DNA of 64,000 nucleotides, taken from the NCBI RefSeq assembly GCF_900538365.1, contig NZ_UPXT01000003.1. One strand, given 5' to 3'. Shown here piece after piece: positions 39,628 to 48,943 of this stretch. Below the pieces are notes generated by a model. That model saw only the letters and a list, made by a program, of their open reading frames with translations. It had not been told where the DNA came from and did no database searches. The DNA comes from an uncultured Acidaminococcus sp. GTDB lineage: Bacteria; Bacillota; Negativicutes; Acidaminococcales; Acidaminococcaceae. Positions within the stretch are counted from its first letter, which is position 1, and each line of letters opens with the position of its first letter. The translations under genes and the position numbers were made by a program.

Positions 39628-41238
39628 ATGAGCGAATTACAGGATAAAATCAATAAAAGGCGGACGTTTGCCATCATTTCCCATCCGGATGCTGGTAAAA
39701 CAACCTTAACCGAAAAACTGCTTCTTTATGGAGGCGCCATCCATCTTGCCGGATCGGTCAAGAGCCGCAAAACAAATCGCCACGCCGTTTCGGATTGGAT
39801 GGAAATTGAAAAGCAGAGAGGAATTTCTGTTACAAGCAGCGTCCTCCAATTTGATTATGATGGCTATCGCGTCAATATCCTTGATACACCGGGCCATCAG
39901 GATTTCAGTGAAGACACCTACCGTACCTTGATTGCTGCCGATTCCGCGGTCATGCTGATTGATGCAGCAAAGGGCGTGGAACCACAGACAAAAAAACTAT
40001 TTTGGGTCTGCCATCGGAGAAAACTGCCGATCTTTACCTTTGTCAATAAATTGGACCGCTATGGCCGTGCCCCCATGGATCTTATGGATGAAATCGAAAA
40101 GATCCTTCACATCAATGCTTTTCCTATCAACTGGCCTATTGGGGTTGACGGGCACTATATCGGGGTCTACGACCGCATCAAAAAACAGGTAGAGCTCTTT
40201 GACAATGATAACAGCCATGGCAGCAAGATCCTGAAATCGACAACGGGGGACCTAAATGATCCGGCAATCAAGGAAGCCATTGGCGAAGCCAATTATCAGA
40301 CGCTGCTCGATGACATTGAACTCCTTGATCTGGCCGGTGATGAATTTGATCTCCAAAAGGTCCTTGATGGGGAATTGACGCCGATGTTCTTTGGCTCTGC
40401 CATGACAAACTTCGGTGTCCGGCCTTTCCTTGAAAAATTCTTGGAACTATCCCCTGCACCACAGCCTCGCAAACTCAAGGATGGCGGCATTGTCCTGCCT
40501 GACAATGAGAATTTCAGCGCCTTTATTTTCAAAATCCAGGCCAATATGAATCCGGCCCACCGTGACCGCATCAGCTTCATGCGCATTTGTTCCGGCAAAT
40601 TTGAAAAGGGCATGAGCGTCTGGCATCTCCAAGGCAACCATCCTGTCAAGCTTTCCCAGCCTCAACAATTCATGGCACAGGAACGGACTACCGTTGAAAC
40701 AGCCTACCCTGGTGATATCATTGGTGTCTTCGATCCAGGCATCTTTACCATTGGAGATACCCTTACGACTGAAAAGAACAAAATCCAATTCGAGGATTTC
40801 CCCATCTTTCCACCTGAAATCTTTGCCAAGGTCCAGCCTAAGGATTCCCTCAAACGTAAACAGTTTGAAAAGGGCATTGTACAGCTGGCACAGGAAGGGG
40901 CTATCCAGGTGTTCCGTCAAAAGAATATCGGCATGGAAAGCTTTGTTGTCGGCGTTGTCGGTATCCTTCAGTTAGAAGTCCTGGATTATCGCCTTAAAAA
41001 TGAATACAGTGCCCAGCTTCTCATGGATCGATTGCCCTACAGTGTGGCCCGCTGGGTCTATGCTGATGATGCAGAGGCCATTCGCAATATGAAAGGCCTT
41101 GATAATGGGATGCTTGTCTATGATAAATTGGGCCGTCCCGTCGTTCTTGTATCCAATGAATGGAACCTTAACTGGCTCTTGGAGCGGAATCCTGGTATCA
41201 ATTTCACGGAAGTACCCTCTGAAGCAAGAGCCATCTAA
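39628..41238 (+). CDS. prfC: Peptide chain release factor 3
   Basis: RRTFAIISHPDAGKTTLTEKLLL translational GTPase N-terminus, about 536 aa. AGGAGG RBS before the ATG at 39628. Confidence 0.9.
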   Translation: MSELQDKINKRRTFAIISHPDAGKTTLTEKLLLYGGAIHLAGSVKSRKTNRHAVSDWMEIEKQRGISVTSSVLQFDYDGYRVNILDTPGHQDFSEDTYRTLIAADSAVMLIDAAKGVEPQTKKLFWVCHRRKLPIFTFVNKLDRYGRAPMDLMDEIEKILHINAFPINWPIGVDGHYIGVYDRIKKQVELFDNDNSHGSKILKSTTGDLNDPAIKEAIGEANYQTLLDDIELLDLAGDEFDLQKVLDGELTPMFFGSAMTNFGVRPFLEKFLELSPAPQPRKLKDGGIVLPDNENFSAFIFKIQANMNPAHRDRISFMRICSGKFEKGMSVWHLQGNHPVKLSQPQQFMAQERTTVETAYPGDIIGVFDPGIFTIGDTLTTEKNKIQFEDFPIFPPEIFAKVQPKDSLKRKQFEKGIVQLAQEGAIQVFRQKNIGMESFVVGVVGILQLEVLDYRLKNEYSAQLLMDRLPYSVARWVYADDAEAIRNMKGLDNGMLVYDKLGRPVVLVSNEWNLNWLLERNPGINFTEVPSEARAI

Positions 41239-41258
41239 CTTGATGAAAGGAGCAGGGT

Positions 41259-41999
41259 ATGCTCATAAAAAAGGCCATCGATATCCTTGGCGTTCCTGTT
41301 ACACCTTTTTCCATGGAAGAAGCTGTCTCCTTCCTTATGGATCGGATTGCAAAGAAGATTCCCACACAGGTGGTTACTGCCAATGCTGAAATCATCATGA
41401 TGGCGCGGGAAGATAAACGTTACGGTACGCTCCTTCAAGAGGCCGACCTGGTTCTGGCAGATGGGGCAGGAACGGTTTGGGCTGGTCGCACCTTGGGATA
41501 CGAAGTCCCCGAACGGGTGGCTGGTTTCGATCTATTCGTGGAACTCCTCAAAAAATCGGCCGAGGAAGGAATCAAACTCTACTTTTTTGGAGCTGCTCCC
41601 GGTATTGCAGAAGCTGCAAAAGCGAAAGCTGAAAAAATGGCTCCCGGTGTTTCAATCGTCGGCACTCGTAATGGGTTCTTTTCGGAAACAGAGACAGACG
41701 AAATCATTGACGGAATCAATGATTCCGGTGCCCAGATCTTATTTGCAGCCCTTGGCGCACCTAAGCAGGAGTATTGGCTGCGTGATCATGCTAAACAGCT
41801 GAGCCCCCTCATACGGATTGGGCTAGGCGGTTCCTTTGATGTTCTGGCTGGTAAGACGACACGGGCCCCTCACTGGATGCAGAAAGCTTCCCTGGAATGG
41901 CTCTATCGTCTTTACAAGGAGCCAAGACGGATTGGTCGGATGATGGCACTGCCGCGTTTTGTTCTTGCCGTCCAGAAGGAAAAAAGGGCCCATAAATAG
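41259..41999 (+). CDS. WecB/TagA/CpsF family glycosyltransferase
   Basis: 246 aa with the typical TagA-like N-terminus (ILGVPVTPFSMEEAV...VVTANAEI). Confidence 0.8.
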   Translation: MLIKKAIDILGVPVTPFSMEEAVSFLMDRIAKKIPTQVVTANAEIIMMAREDKRYGTLLQEADLVLADGAGTVWAGRTLGYEVPERVAGFDLFVELLKKSAEEGIKLYFFGAAPGIAEAAKAKAEKMAPGVSIVGTRNGFFSETETDEIIDGINDSGAQILFAALGAPKQEYWLRDHAKQLSPLIRIGLGGSFDVLAGKTTRAPHWMQKASLEWLYRLYKEPRRIGRMMALPRFVLAVQKEKRAHK

Positions 42000-42049
42000 A
42001 CAAAGGGCGCTGAAGTGTATTATAATAACCAGATAATGGAGGTGAGGGC

Positions 42050-42691
42050 GTGACCCGATATACAATCATCAAGGACGGCTATCCGTTTATTTTTACAGGT
42101 CTGGCAGCAACCATCCTTGTCGGCTTTTTGGCCGATCCCGCATTTGCCGGGATTCCGCTTATCCTGACCATATACTTTGCCTATTTCTTTCGGGAACCGG
42201 ATCGCCCCCTGCCGGATGATCCCCATGTCTTATACTCCCCCGCTGATGGGACTGTCATGGCTGTTGAGGAGTTTTTTGACGACGAATTTCTTCATGAGGA
42301 AGCCAAAAAGGTAACCATCTTCCTGTCCGTCTTCAATGTCCATACCAATCGCGCACCCATTAAAGGATTTGTTAAATATCTGCGCTATACATGCGGCGGC
42401 TTTGAGCCTGCTTTCAAAGGATCTGCGCCAATCGTCAACGAACGCATGGCCATTGGACTGGAAAACGAAAACTACCGCGTTCTCGTCGTTCAGATTGCAG
42501 GCATCCTTGCTCGGCGCATCGTCTCTTGGACAACGCTTGGCAAGCAGCTCTTGCAAGGAGAAACGTACGGCATGATCAAATTTGGTTCCAGTACAGAGCT
42601 TGTCGTTCCTCGCGACGTAGAGATTCTTGTCAAAAAGGGAGATAAAGTCAAAGGCGGTATTACAATTATGGGGAGGCAGCAAGTACAATGA
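42050..42691 (+). CDS. psd: Phosphatidylserine decarboxylase family protein (short archaeal-type)
   Basis: About 213 aa ending ...GSSTELVVP (GS-S pyruvoyl processing motif), with an N-terminal TM segment. GTG start after GGAGGTGAGG. Confidence 0.8.
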   Translation: MTRYTIIKDGYPFIFTGLAATILVGFLADPAFAGIPLILTIYFAYFFREPDRPLPDDPHVLYSPADGTVMAVEEFFDDEFLHEEAKKVTIFLSVFNVHTNRAPIKGFVKYLRYTCGGFEPAFKGSAPIVNERMAIGLENENYRVLVVQIAGILARRIVSWTTLGKQLLQGETYGMIKFGSSTELVVPRDVEILVKKGDKVKGGITIMGRQQVQ

Positions 42692-43374
42692 ATTATAGAC
42701 GCATGGTTCCAAACAGCATCAGTGGTTTTAGCATGGTCCTTGGGGTTTTATCCATCTATCTTTCCATGGATGGGGAATTTTCCAGGGCTGCCATCTTCAT
42801 CATTTTGGCCGTCCTTGCGGATTCCTGCGATGGACGGGCTGCACGCCTTCTGGGTGTCAGCGGGGACTTCGGTAAGGAAATGGATTCCATTTGCGATGTT
42901 TGTTCTTTCGGGATGGCTCCGGCTGTTTTGATCTATACCTATGGTCTTACAGAACTGGGTCTATGGGGACAGATTATTTCGTCCCTTTTCACCTTTGGTG
43001 CAGGGCTGCGCCTAGCCCGTTTCAATGTCAACACGGGCGTTGTTTCAGGGTATTTTGAAGGCATGCCGGCACCGGCTGGCGCCTGCGTCCTTGTGACCTA
43101 TGTGCTTTCCGGTTATCAATTTGGACCGATGGGGACGGCCATCCTGACGCTTTTAGTGGCAAAATTGATGTACAGTGAAGTTCGTTACCCTGATTTCAAG
43201 GGTCACGGCAATCCTCTTTTCAAGGTTCCTGTCATTTTGTCTTTTGCCATTGGTCTTTATATGCTTGTAACCAATTTCCATGCTTGGCCTTTTATCATCA
43301 TGTTTACCTACACGATTTGCGGGGTCCTCAATGCCATTTATGTTAAGGTTACGGGAAAAAAAGCAGGGGAGTAA
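42688..43374 (+). CDS. pssA: CDP-diacylglycerol--serine O-phosphatidyltransferase
   Basis: CDP-alcohol phosphatidyltransferase motif (DxxDGxxAR...G...D...D in ADSCDGRAARLLGVSGDFGKEMDSICD). Overlaps the psd stop. Confidence 0.85.
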   Translation: MNYRRMVPNSISGFSMVLGVLSIYLSMDGEFSRAAIFIILAVLADSCDGRAARLLGVSGDFGKEMDSICDVCSFGMAPAVLIYTYGLTELGLWGQIISSLFTFGAGLRLARFNVNTGVVSGYFEGMPAPAGACVLVTYVLSGYQFGPMGTAILTLLVAKLMYSEVRYPDFKGHGNPLFKVPVILSFAIGLYMLVTNFHAWPFIIMFTYTICGVLNAIYVKVTGKKAGE

Positions 43375-43387
43375 GTAGGAGTCCTTC

Positions 43388-44686
43388 ATGACGAGTTACT
43401 TTGACATCATCATGATTCCGCTTCAGGTCATGATTGTATTTTTTACCATTTACTATTTTGTCCTGTCTTTATTCGGAATCCTGCCTGGAAAAAAAGAAAA
43501 GAAAATTACAACGCCAAAGACAACCTTTGCTGTCATTGCGGCCGCCCATAACGAAGAACGGGTAATTGGCGAACTGGTGGAAAATCTTCGCATGCTTCGC
43601 TATCCTGATTCCATGTATGAGATTTTTGTCGTAGCCGACAATTGCACGGACCATACGGCGGAAGTCGCACGCAAGGCCGGTGCCAGCGTTCATGAGCGTT
43701 TCAATGATACTGATAAGGGGAAGGGCTTTGCCCTTGAATGGATGTTCAAGCGGCTTTTTGAAATGGATCGTCAATTTGACGCGGTCGTTATTTTTGATGC
43801 TGATAATCTTGTACATCCTGATTTTCTCATGGAAATGAATTCCCGCTATCAAAAAGGGGAACGCCTCATTCAAGGGTACCTTGATTCCAAAAATCCTAAT
43901 GATACGTGGGTAAGCGGTGTCTTTGCCATTTCCTTCTGGATCACCAATGCGGTTTGGTCCAGAGCCAAATACAATATTGGTCTTTCCAGCATTCTTGGCG
44001 GCACGGGGATGTGCATTGCCGTGGATATCCTTAAGAAGTACGGATGGGAAGCGACTTGCTTGACGGAAGACATGGAATTTACCATGAAATCCCTCTTGGA
44101 AGGTATCCCGACGACTTGGTGTGACAATGCAATTGTCTATGATGAAAAGGCCTTGACCTTCAAACAGTCCTGGAACCAGAGAAAAAGATGGGTACAGGGT
44201 CATTTTGATGTCGGGGAACGGTATATCCCAAAGCTGCTTAAGGAAGGCATCAAGAAACGGGATATCATCATTCTTGACGGTGTTATCGATCTGTTTCAGC
44301 CTTATTTTCTCCTTCTCTCAACGCTTTTTGTCATTGCCAGTACAATCTACGCCCATGTTCCGTTTTATACGAATGTGCTCTACGCCATTTTGCCTTATGA
44401 AATCTGGCAGGTTATTGGGATTGGTCAGTACGTCATTCCTGCCGTGATTCTTCTAAAAATCCATGCAGCGCCTAAATCTTGGTTCTATACCATCTTTTAT
44501 CCGATTTTTGTGTATAGCTGGATACCCATTACTGTGCTGGGGTTCCTTCACCGTCATGAACATGTATGGAGCCATACGCTCCACACGAGAGGAATCAGTT
44601 TCAATGATGTGCTGGTTCCCGAAAGTTCCGAACATGGACCCAAGCAGATTGTCCTTTCCAAAGAAAAGGATAAGAATAAATCCTGA
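43388..44686 (+). CDS. Family 2 glycosyltransferase, membrane-integrated synthase-like
   Basis: N-terminal TM segment, GT-A domain (VIAAAHNEE...VVADNCTD...DAD...QRKRW similar to QxxRW) and C-terminal TM helices. Confidence 0.75.
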   Translation: MTSYFDIIMIPLQVMIVFFTIYYFVLSLFGILPGKKEKKITTPKTTFAVIAAAHNEERVIGELVENLRMLRYPDSMYEIFVVADNCTDHTAEVARKAGASVHERFNDTDKGKGFALEWMFKRLFEMDRQFDAVVIFDADNLVHPDFLMEMNSRYQKGERLIQGYLDSKNPNDTWVSGVFAISFWITNAVWSRAKYNIGLSSILGGTGMCIAVDILKKYGWEATCLTEDMEFTMKSLLEGIPTTWCDNAIVYDEKALTFKQSWNQRKRWVQGHFDVGERYIPKLLKEGIKKRDIIILDGVIDLFQPYFLLLSTLFVIASTIYAHVPFYTNVLYAILPYEIWQVIGIGQYVIPAVILLKIHAAPKSWFYTIFYPIFVYSWIPITVLGFLHRHEHVWSHTLHTRGISFNDVLVPESSEHGPKQIVLSKEKDKNKS

Positions 44687-44693
44687 TTCTTTG

Positions 44694-44742
44694 AACACCC
44701 TTTACCGTATCAAATGAAACAGACGGGAAGGGTGTTTTTTAT
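44694..44742 (+). terminator. Rho-independent terminator after the GT2 gene
   Basis: aacaccctt-(long loop)-aagggtgtt followed by TTTTTT. Confidence 0.6.
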
Positions 44743-44843
44743 ATTTTCCTCTTCTTTATTGACACAGTGTAATAAAGAGGTGTAAGGTAAAATTCATATT
44801 TTCCTTGCCTTGTCCAACCGTATCGTAGAAAAGGGGGAATAGG

Positions 44844-46417
44844 ATGATGACGAAAAAGATTGCCGTCATTGGCAGCAGCGGAGGAAATCTTTTTGAACAA
44901 GGGGGCCAGAATCCGGAAGACCTTTTGGGCGAAATCTGTTATCAGGCTCAATCTGCAGGAATTGAAGTTGCATTTATACAGTTTATTGGTGCATCCATTT
45001 CCATGGACCAAATCAAGGATTCGGATGAAGCGAGCCTTTGGGTAAAAGAAGAAGAGAAGATCCATCCTGTCTTTCATGGCCCCCTCAATGAAGTGAATGC
45101 GATGGCTGCCTCTTATGACGAAGGGCTCAGCAGCTTGATCAAAGAAGGAAAAATCGATGGCCTCTTCCTTGTAAGCTGTGATCCTTGCGGCGTCAATCAA
45201 AAAGCCATCCAATCTGCAGGCGGCAAGGCGCTTCCTGCTGTTGGTACGGGCGGGACAAGCATGGCCCAAGCCGAACAAAGCGGTATGAACGTTCTTGCGG
45301 TTTCAGGAACAACGGGGACAACCAACCGTACGAGGGCCATCGCTGGACTCTATGCTTTTGCCAAGGCCTGGCACCTTACCTATAGGCCAGCCATTGGAGG
45401 CCGCTCAGATAAGGAGCAGCTCCAAGGTGGCAATCTTTTCCAACACATCCCCCTGCGCGGGATCCTCATGGCCTCCCTGCCCGGATTCATTGCCATGGCA
45501 CTTACGCTCATCATCAGCAAAATCCCTGGTCTAGGGTATTTTGAAAGTATTTTCAATGCGATGGTGAAAGCCTTGCCAGTCGTGGTTGCAACGATTGCAG
45601 CGCGGCAGCTATCCGGCCTTGGTGATGTGGCAATTGTCGCAGGAACCATTACAGGTATCCTTTCCATCAAAGGAGGACTTATTGGCGGCCTTTTAGGCGG
45701 CATCTTGGCGGGCTTTTTCGTGAACCGATCCCTGGTTCTATGCCTGAAGTGGAAGTTTCCAGCGACGACCGCTAATATCGTCTCCGGAGGAATCTCTGGC
45801 CTTGTTGCGGGCCTCATCATTTATCTGTTCCTTGCCCCCTTGGCGGAAATGATTGGCGGCGGACTTCGCGGCCTGATTGACGAAGCCCTTGCGGTCAGCC
45901 CCGTTCTTTGCGGCGCACTGGCAGGACTATTGATCTGGCCTGCCATTATGGGGGGCATGTATCATGCAGCTATTCTGCCCATTATCCTTCTTGAAATGGA
46001 AAAGACGGGAGTTCCTTTCTCGGCGCCATTGATATGGTAGGGCTTGTTATGGTGTCCGCAGGGATTACGTTTGCAGCCGTCCTTTATCCACGGCGCCGTG
46101 ATGACAGGACCCTTGCCATTCCCGGTCTATTCATCAATCTTGTTTTCGGCACATTTGTAGAGGCCTCTTACCCCTTTATGTTGGCCGATCCCCTGGTCAT
46201 GGCTGGGGCTATTATATCAGCTGGGGTAGGCGGTATCCTCGTTGGTTATTATGGTGTCCATGGTACGGCTTATGTGCCATCGATTGCGGCACCTGCCCTT
46301 TCCAACCATCCGCTGGGATTTATCATTAGTATGTTGGGAGCAGCCCTGTGCGCTGCCTTCATCACGCTTCTGGCCAATTTCCTTTCCCGAAAAAAGGCCA
46401 GCAAGCCGAAGCAGTAA
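44844..46417 (+). pseudogene. Membrane transporter-like protein disrupted by a frameshift (apparent −1 change in a T-run near 46016-46019); the two ORFs 44844-46040 and 46034-46417 are one gene
   Basis: ORF A ends ...EMEKTGVPFSAPLIW*. The next frame continues (F)LGAIDMVGLVMVSAG... without an SD. Adding one T to the ttt run at 46016-46018 restores a single ~520-aa protein. It has an N-terminal ~200-aa soluble Gly-rich domain followed by about 10 TM helices. Confidence 0.6.
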
Positions 46418-46438
46418 TATCATTTGTGAGGTGTGATT

Positions 46439-47599
46439 ATGCCTGGCATCCTTGCTATAACGATTTTATTTTTTATTTACGCTTTGAGCGAAATCATAGC
46501 CCTTCGTTCCAAAGCAGTTCTGTCGACTGTTCTGGGTATTTCTGTAATCCTAACCATTGGCTTTTGGTCCAAGCTCTTACCTAAGGATATCATTCAACTG
46601 GCCCATATTCCAGGTATTGGAATACTGACTGTGGGAATGCTTCTTGTCTCCTTGGGTACAACCATTGATTTCGCTGAACTTCGACGTCAGTGGCAGGTGG
46701 CAGCTGTCAGTGTAATTTCTGTCACGATGGCCGTCATTTTCATCATTTTTTTAGGTCCATTTTTCATGAACGGAACACTTGCCATTGCCGGATCTCCTAT
46801 TTTTGCCGGGGGGAATGCGGCCATGCTTATTATCCTTGATGCTGTACAAGAAAAAGGGATCGAGACAGTAGGCACCTTCTGTATTGTCCTTCTCGTCTCC
46901 CAAAAGTTCTTCGGAATCCCCATTGCTTCCCTGATGCTGCGCCATTTGGCAAAAAATCTCAGGGATGACAGGAATTTCGTGAAACGCTATGCGTCAGAAG
47001 GGAAAGCAGAAAAGGCCAATAAGCCTCTCCGTCTTCCCAGTCTTTTGGATCGTCCATCCGTACATCTTGCTAAATTATCTTTTGTTGCTTCCCTTGCTTA
47101 TTATGCCTCAAAACTCACTGGAGGGGCGGTTCATTATCTCGTTATGTGTCTTCTCTTTGGAACCCTTTTTTACGCGCTGGGATTCTTGGAAAAAGGCATC
47201 CTTCAAAAAACACAGTCAAGCGGCCTCATCCTCTTTTTCGTTACCCTCGTGATTTTTTCATCCTTTAGCCGGACAACCCCGCAGGATGTGCTTTCCGTCC
47301 TTCCACCGCTTGCAGCAACGGCCCTATTAGGCGTTTTAGGGCTTTTTACGGCGGGCCTTTTGACGAATAGGTTGTTTTCCCTTCCCTTTTCTCTTTGTGT
47401 CAGTCTTGGTGTGACCTGCACCTTTGGGTTTCCTACAACAATGCTTGTCTCACAGGAAGTTTCCACTGCTATGGGAAGAAATGAGGAGGAACGTGCGGCG
47501 CTGCTGCATTACCTTCTTCCAAAAATGCTTGTCGCTGGTTTTGTTACCGTAACTATCACATCTGTTCTGCTTGCCGGGGTTGTTGTCACGCTATTATAA
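46439..47599 (+). CDS. Polytopic inner-membrane protein of unknown function (possibly DUF3100-like)
   Basis: About 386 aa, roughly 10 predicted TM helices with a charged central loop (RDDRNFVKRYASEGKAEKANK). GAGGTG RBS 6 nt before the ATG at 46439. Confidence 0.55.
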   Translation: MPGILAITILFFIYALSEIIALRSKAVLSTVLGISVILTIGFWSKLLPKDIIQLAHIPGIGILTVGMLLVSLGTTIDFAELRRQWQVAAVSVISVTMAVIFIIFLGPFFMNGTLAIAGSPIFAGGNAAMLIILDAVQEKGIETVGTFCIVLLVSQKFFGIPIASLMLRHLAKNLRDDRNFVKRYASEGKAEKANKPLRLPSLLDRPSVHLAKLSFVASLAYYASKLTGGAVHYLVMCLLFGTLFYALGFLEKGILQKTQSSGLILFFVTLVIFSSFSRTTPQDVLSVLPPLAATALLGVLGLFTAGLLTNRLFSLPFSLCVSLGVTCTFGFPTTMLVSQEVSTAMGRNEEERAALLHYLLPKMLVAGFVTVTITSVLLAGVVVTLL

Positions 47600-47615
47600 G
47601 GAGGAATCTTCGCCG

Positions 47616-48773
47616 ATGGAAGTCCATGAAAAACTGATTGCGTACCTACATGCTCATAAAAAGGAAATGCTATTTCTGTGGAAAAAACTTGTAGAAACTG
47701 AAAGCGGGCCCCAACAGCCAAGTGGGGTTGAGGCGGTCAGACGAATTCTTGAGGGAGAATTGGCCGCCATGGGATTTACCGTACGGCTTCAACAAATCTC
47801 TGGCGCCCCGGACCTTCTTATTGCAGAAGCAAGAAAAAGGGAAGGGGAGGGATCCATTATACTCTCCGGTCATATAGATACCGTTTTTCCAGCAGGAAAA
47901 GCATCGACCCATCCTTTTTTCGTTGACGACGAAGGGTATGCCCATGGACCGGGCGTCCTAGATATGAAGGGCGGACTTGTTGTAAGTCTCTATGCGGTTA
48001 AAGCCCTTAACGCACTGTCCCTTGTCACGCATCCGATCAAGTTTGTTTTTGTAACAGATGAAGAAACCCTTCATATGCACTCGAATGCAAAAGCCGTGCT
48101 GCGCAGGGAAATTACAGGCGCAAGAGCCTTTTTAAACTTTGAACCTTGCGCCGAAAATAGCCAGGTCGTTCTCTCTCGCTATGGCGGCGGTCCCGTATCC
48201 ATCCATGTTCATGGCCGTGCCGCCCACTCTGGTACGAGTCCGGAAAAAGGACGGTCTGCCATATTGGAAGCAGCTCATAAGATTCTTTATCTGGAAAGCC
48301 AAAATGATATCCCCCGCGGGAAATTGATCAATTGCGGAGCCATCTCCGGTGGCATTGGAGAAAATACAATTCCTGGAGAATGTACGCTCCGTATAGGAGT
48401 CCGCTACCGCACAGAAAGCCTAGCCCAGGAAATCAAGGAGAACCTAAAGGAGGCCACCGTAAATCAAACCATTCCCGATACTTCGGCGAATCTTGATCTG
48501 ACCCATCTAATCCCTGCCATGGACCTAAAAGAAGGAGGGAAAGCCTTGTTCCTTAAGCTGCAGGAAGCGGCAGCCCTTTGTTCCATAGGTCCAATCAAGG
48601 GCATTCAAGTAGGCGGGTTATCTGATGCGGGCCTTGCCGCAAGTCTGGGGATACCGACCCTCTGCGGAATGGGTGTCGTTGGCAGCGGCGCCCATACGGA
48701 TGAAGAAAAAGCTCTGGTCAGTTCCCTTTATGAACGAACGGAACTTGCTGCTGCTTTGCTTCATCTTTTTTAA
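47616..48773 (+). CDS. M20 family metallopeptidase / amidohydrolase (CPG2/ArgE/DapE-like)
   Basis: SGHIDTVFP and GPGVLDMKGG M20 metal-binding and dimerisation motifs, 385 aa. AAGGAGG RBS. Confidence 0.8.
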   Translation: MEVHEKLIAYLHAHKKEMLFLWKKLVETESGPQQPSGVEAVRRILEGELAAMGFTVRLQQISGAPDLLIAEARKREGEGSIILSGHIDTVFPAGKASTHPFFVDDEGYAHGPGVLDMKGGLVVSLYAVKALNALSLVTHPIKFVFVTDEETLHMHSNAKAVLRREITGARAFLNFEPCAENSQVVLSRYGGGPVSIHVHGRAAHSGTSPEKGRSAILEAAHKILYLESQNDIPRGKLINCGAISGGIGENTIPGECTLRIGVRYRTESLAQEIKENLKEATVNQTIPDTSANLDLTHLIPAMDLKEGGKALFLKLQEAAALCSIGPIKGIQVGGLSDAGLAASLGIPTLCGMGVVGSGAHTDEEKALVSSLYERTELAAALLHLF

Positions 48774-48943
48774 CCAAACCCTCTCTTCGTCAGTTGACCA
48801 AGGGGGTTTTTCTCCGAAATTGACGTAAAGATGTTCCTATCTTTTCACACTCTTTGAGACGATCTCATTTTATTCAAAGGGAAATTATGGTAAAATGAGA
48901 TGTTATCAGTTGAAACGTAAGCGATACACAAAAGGAGCCATTC

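Noticed and set aside
48774-48943. Possible SAM (S-box) riboswitch or T-box upstream of the HAD-mtnP-mtaD methionine-salvage genes
   Set aside because: The 170-nt leader lacks the conserved S-box helices and motifs and has no T-box specifier or antiterminator sequence. Only a simple 11-bp inverted repeat is present, and that is reported separately.
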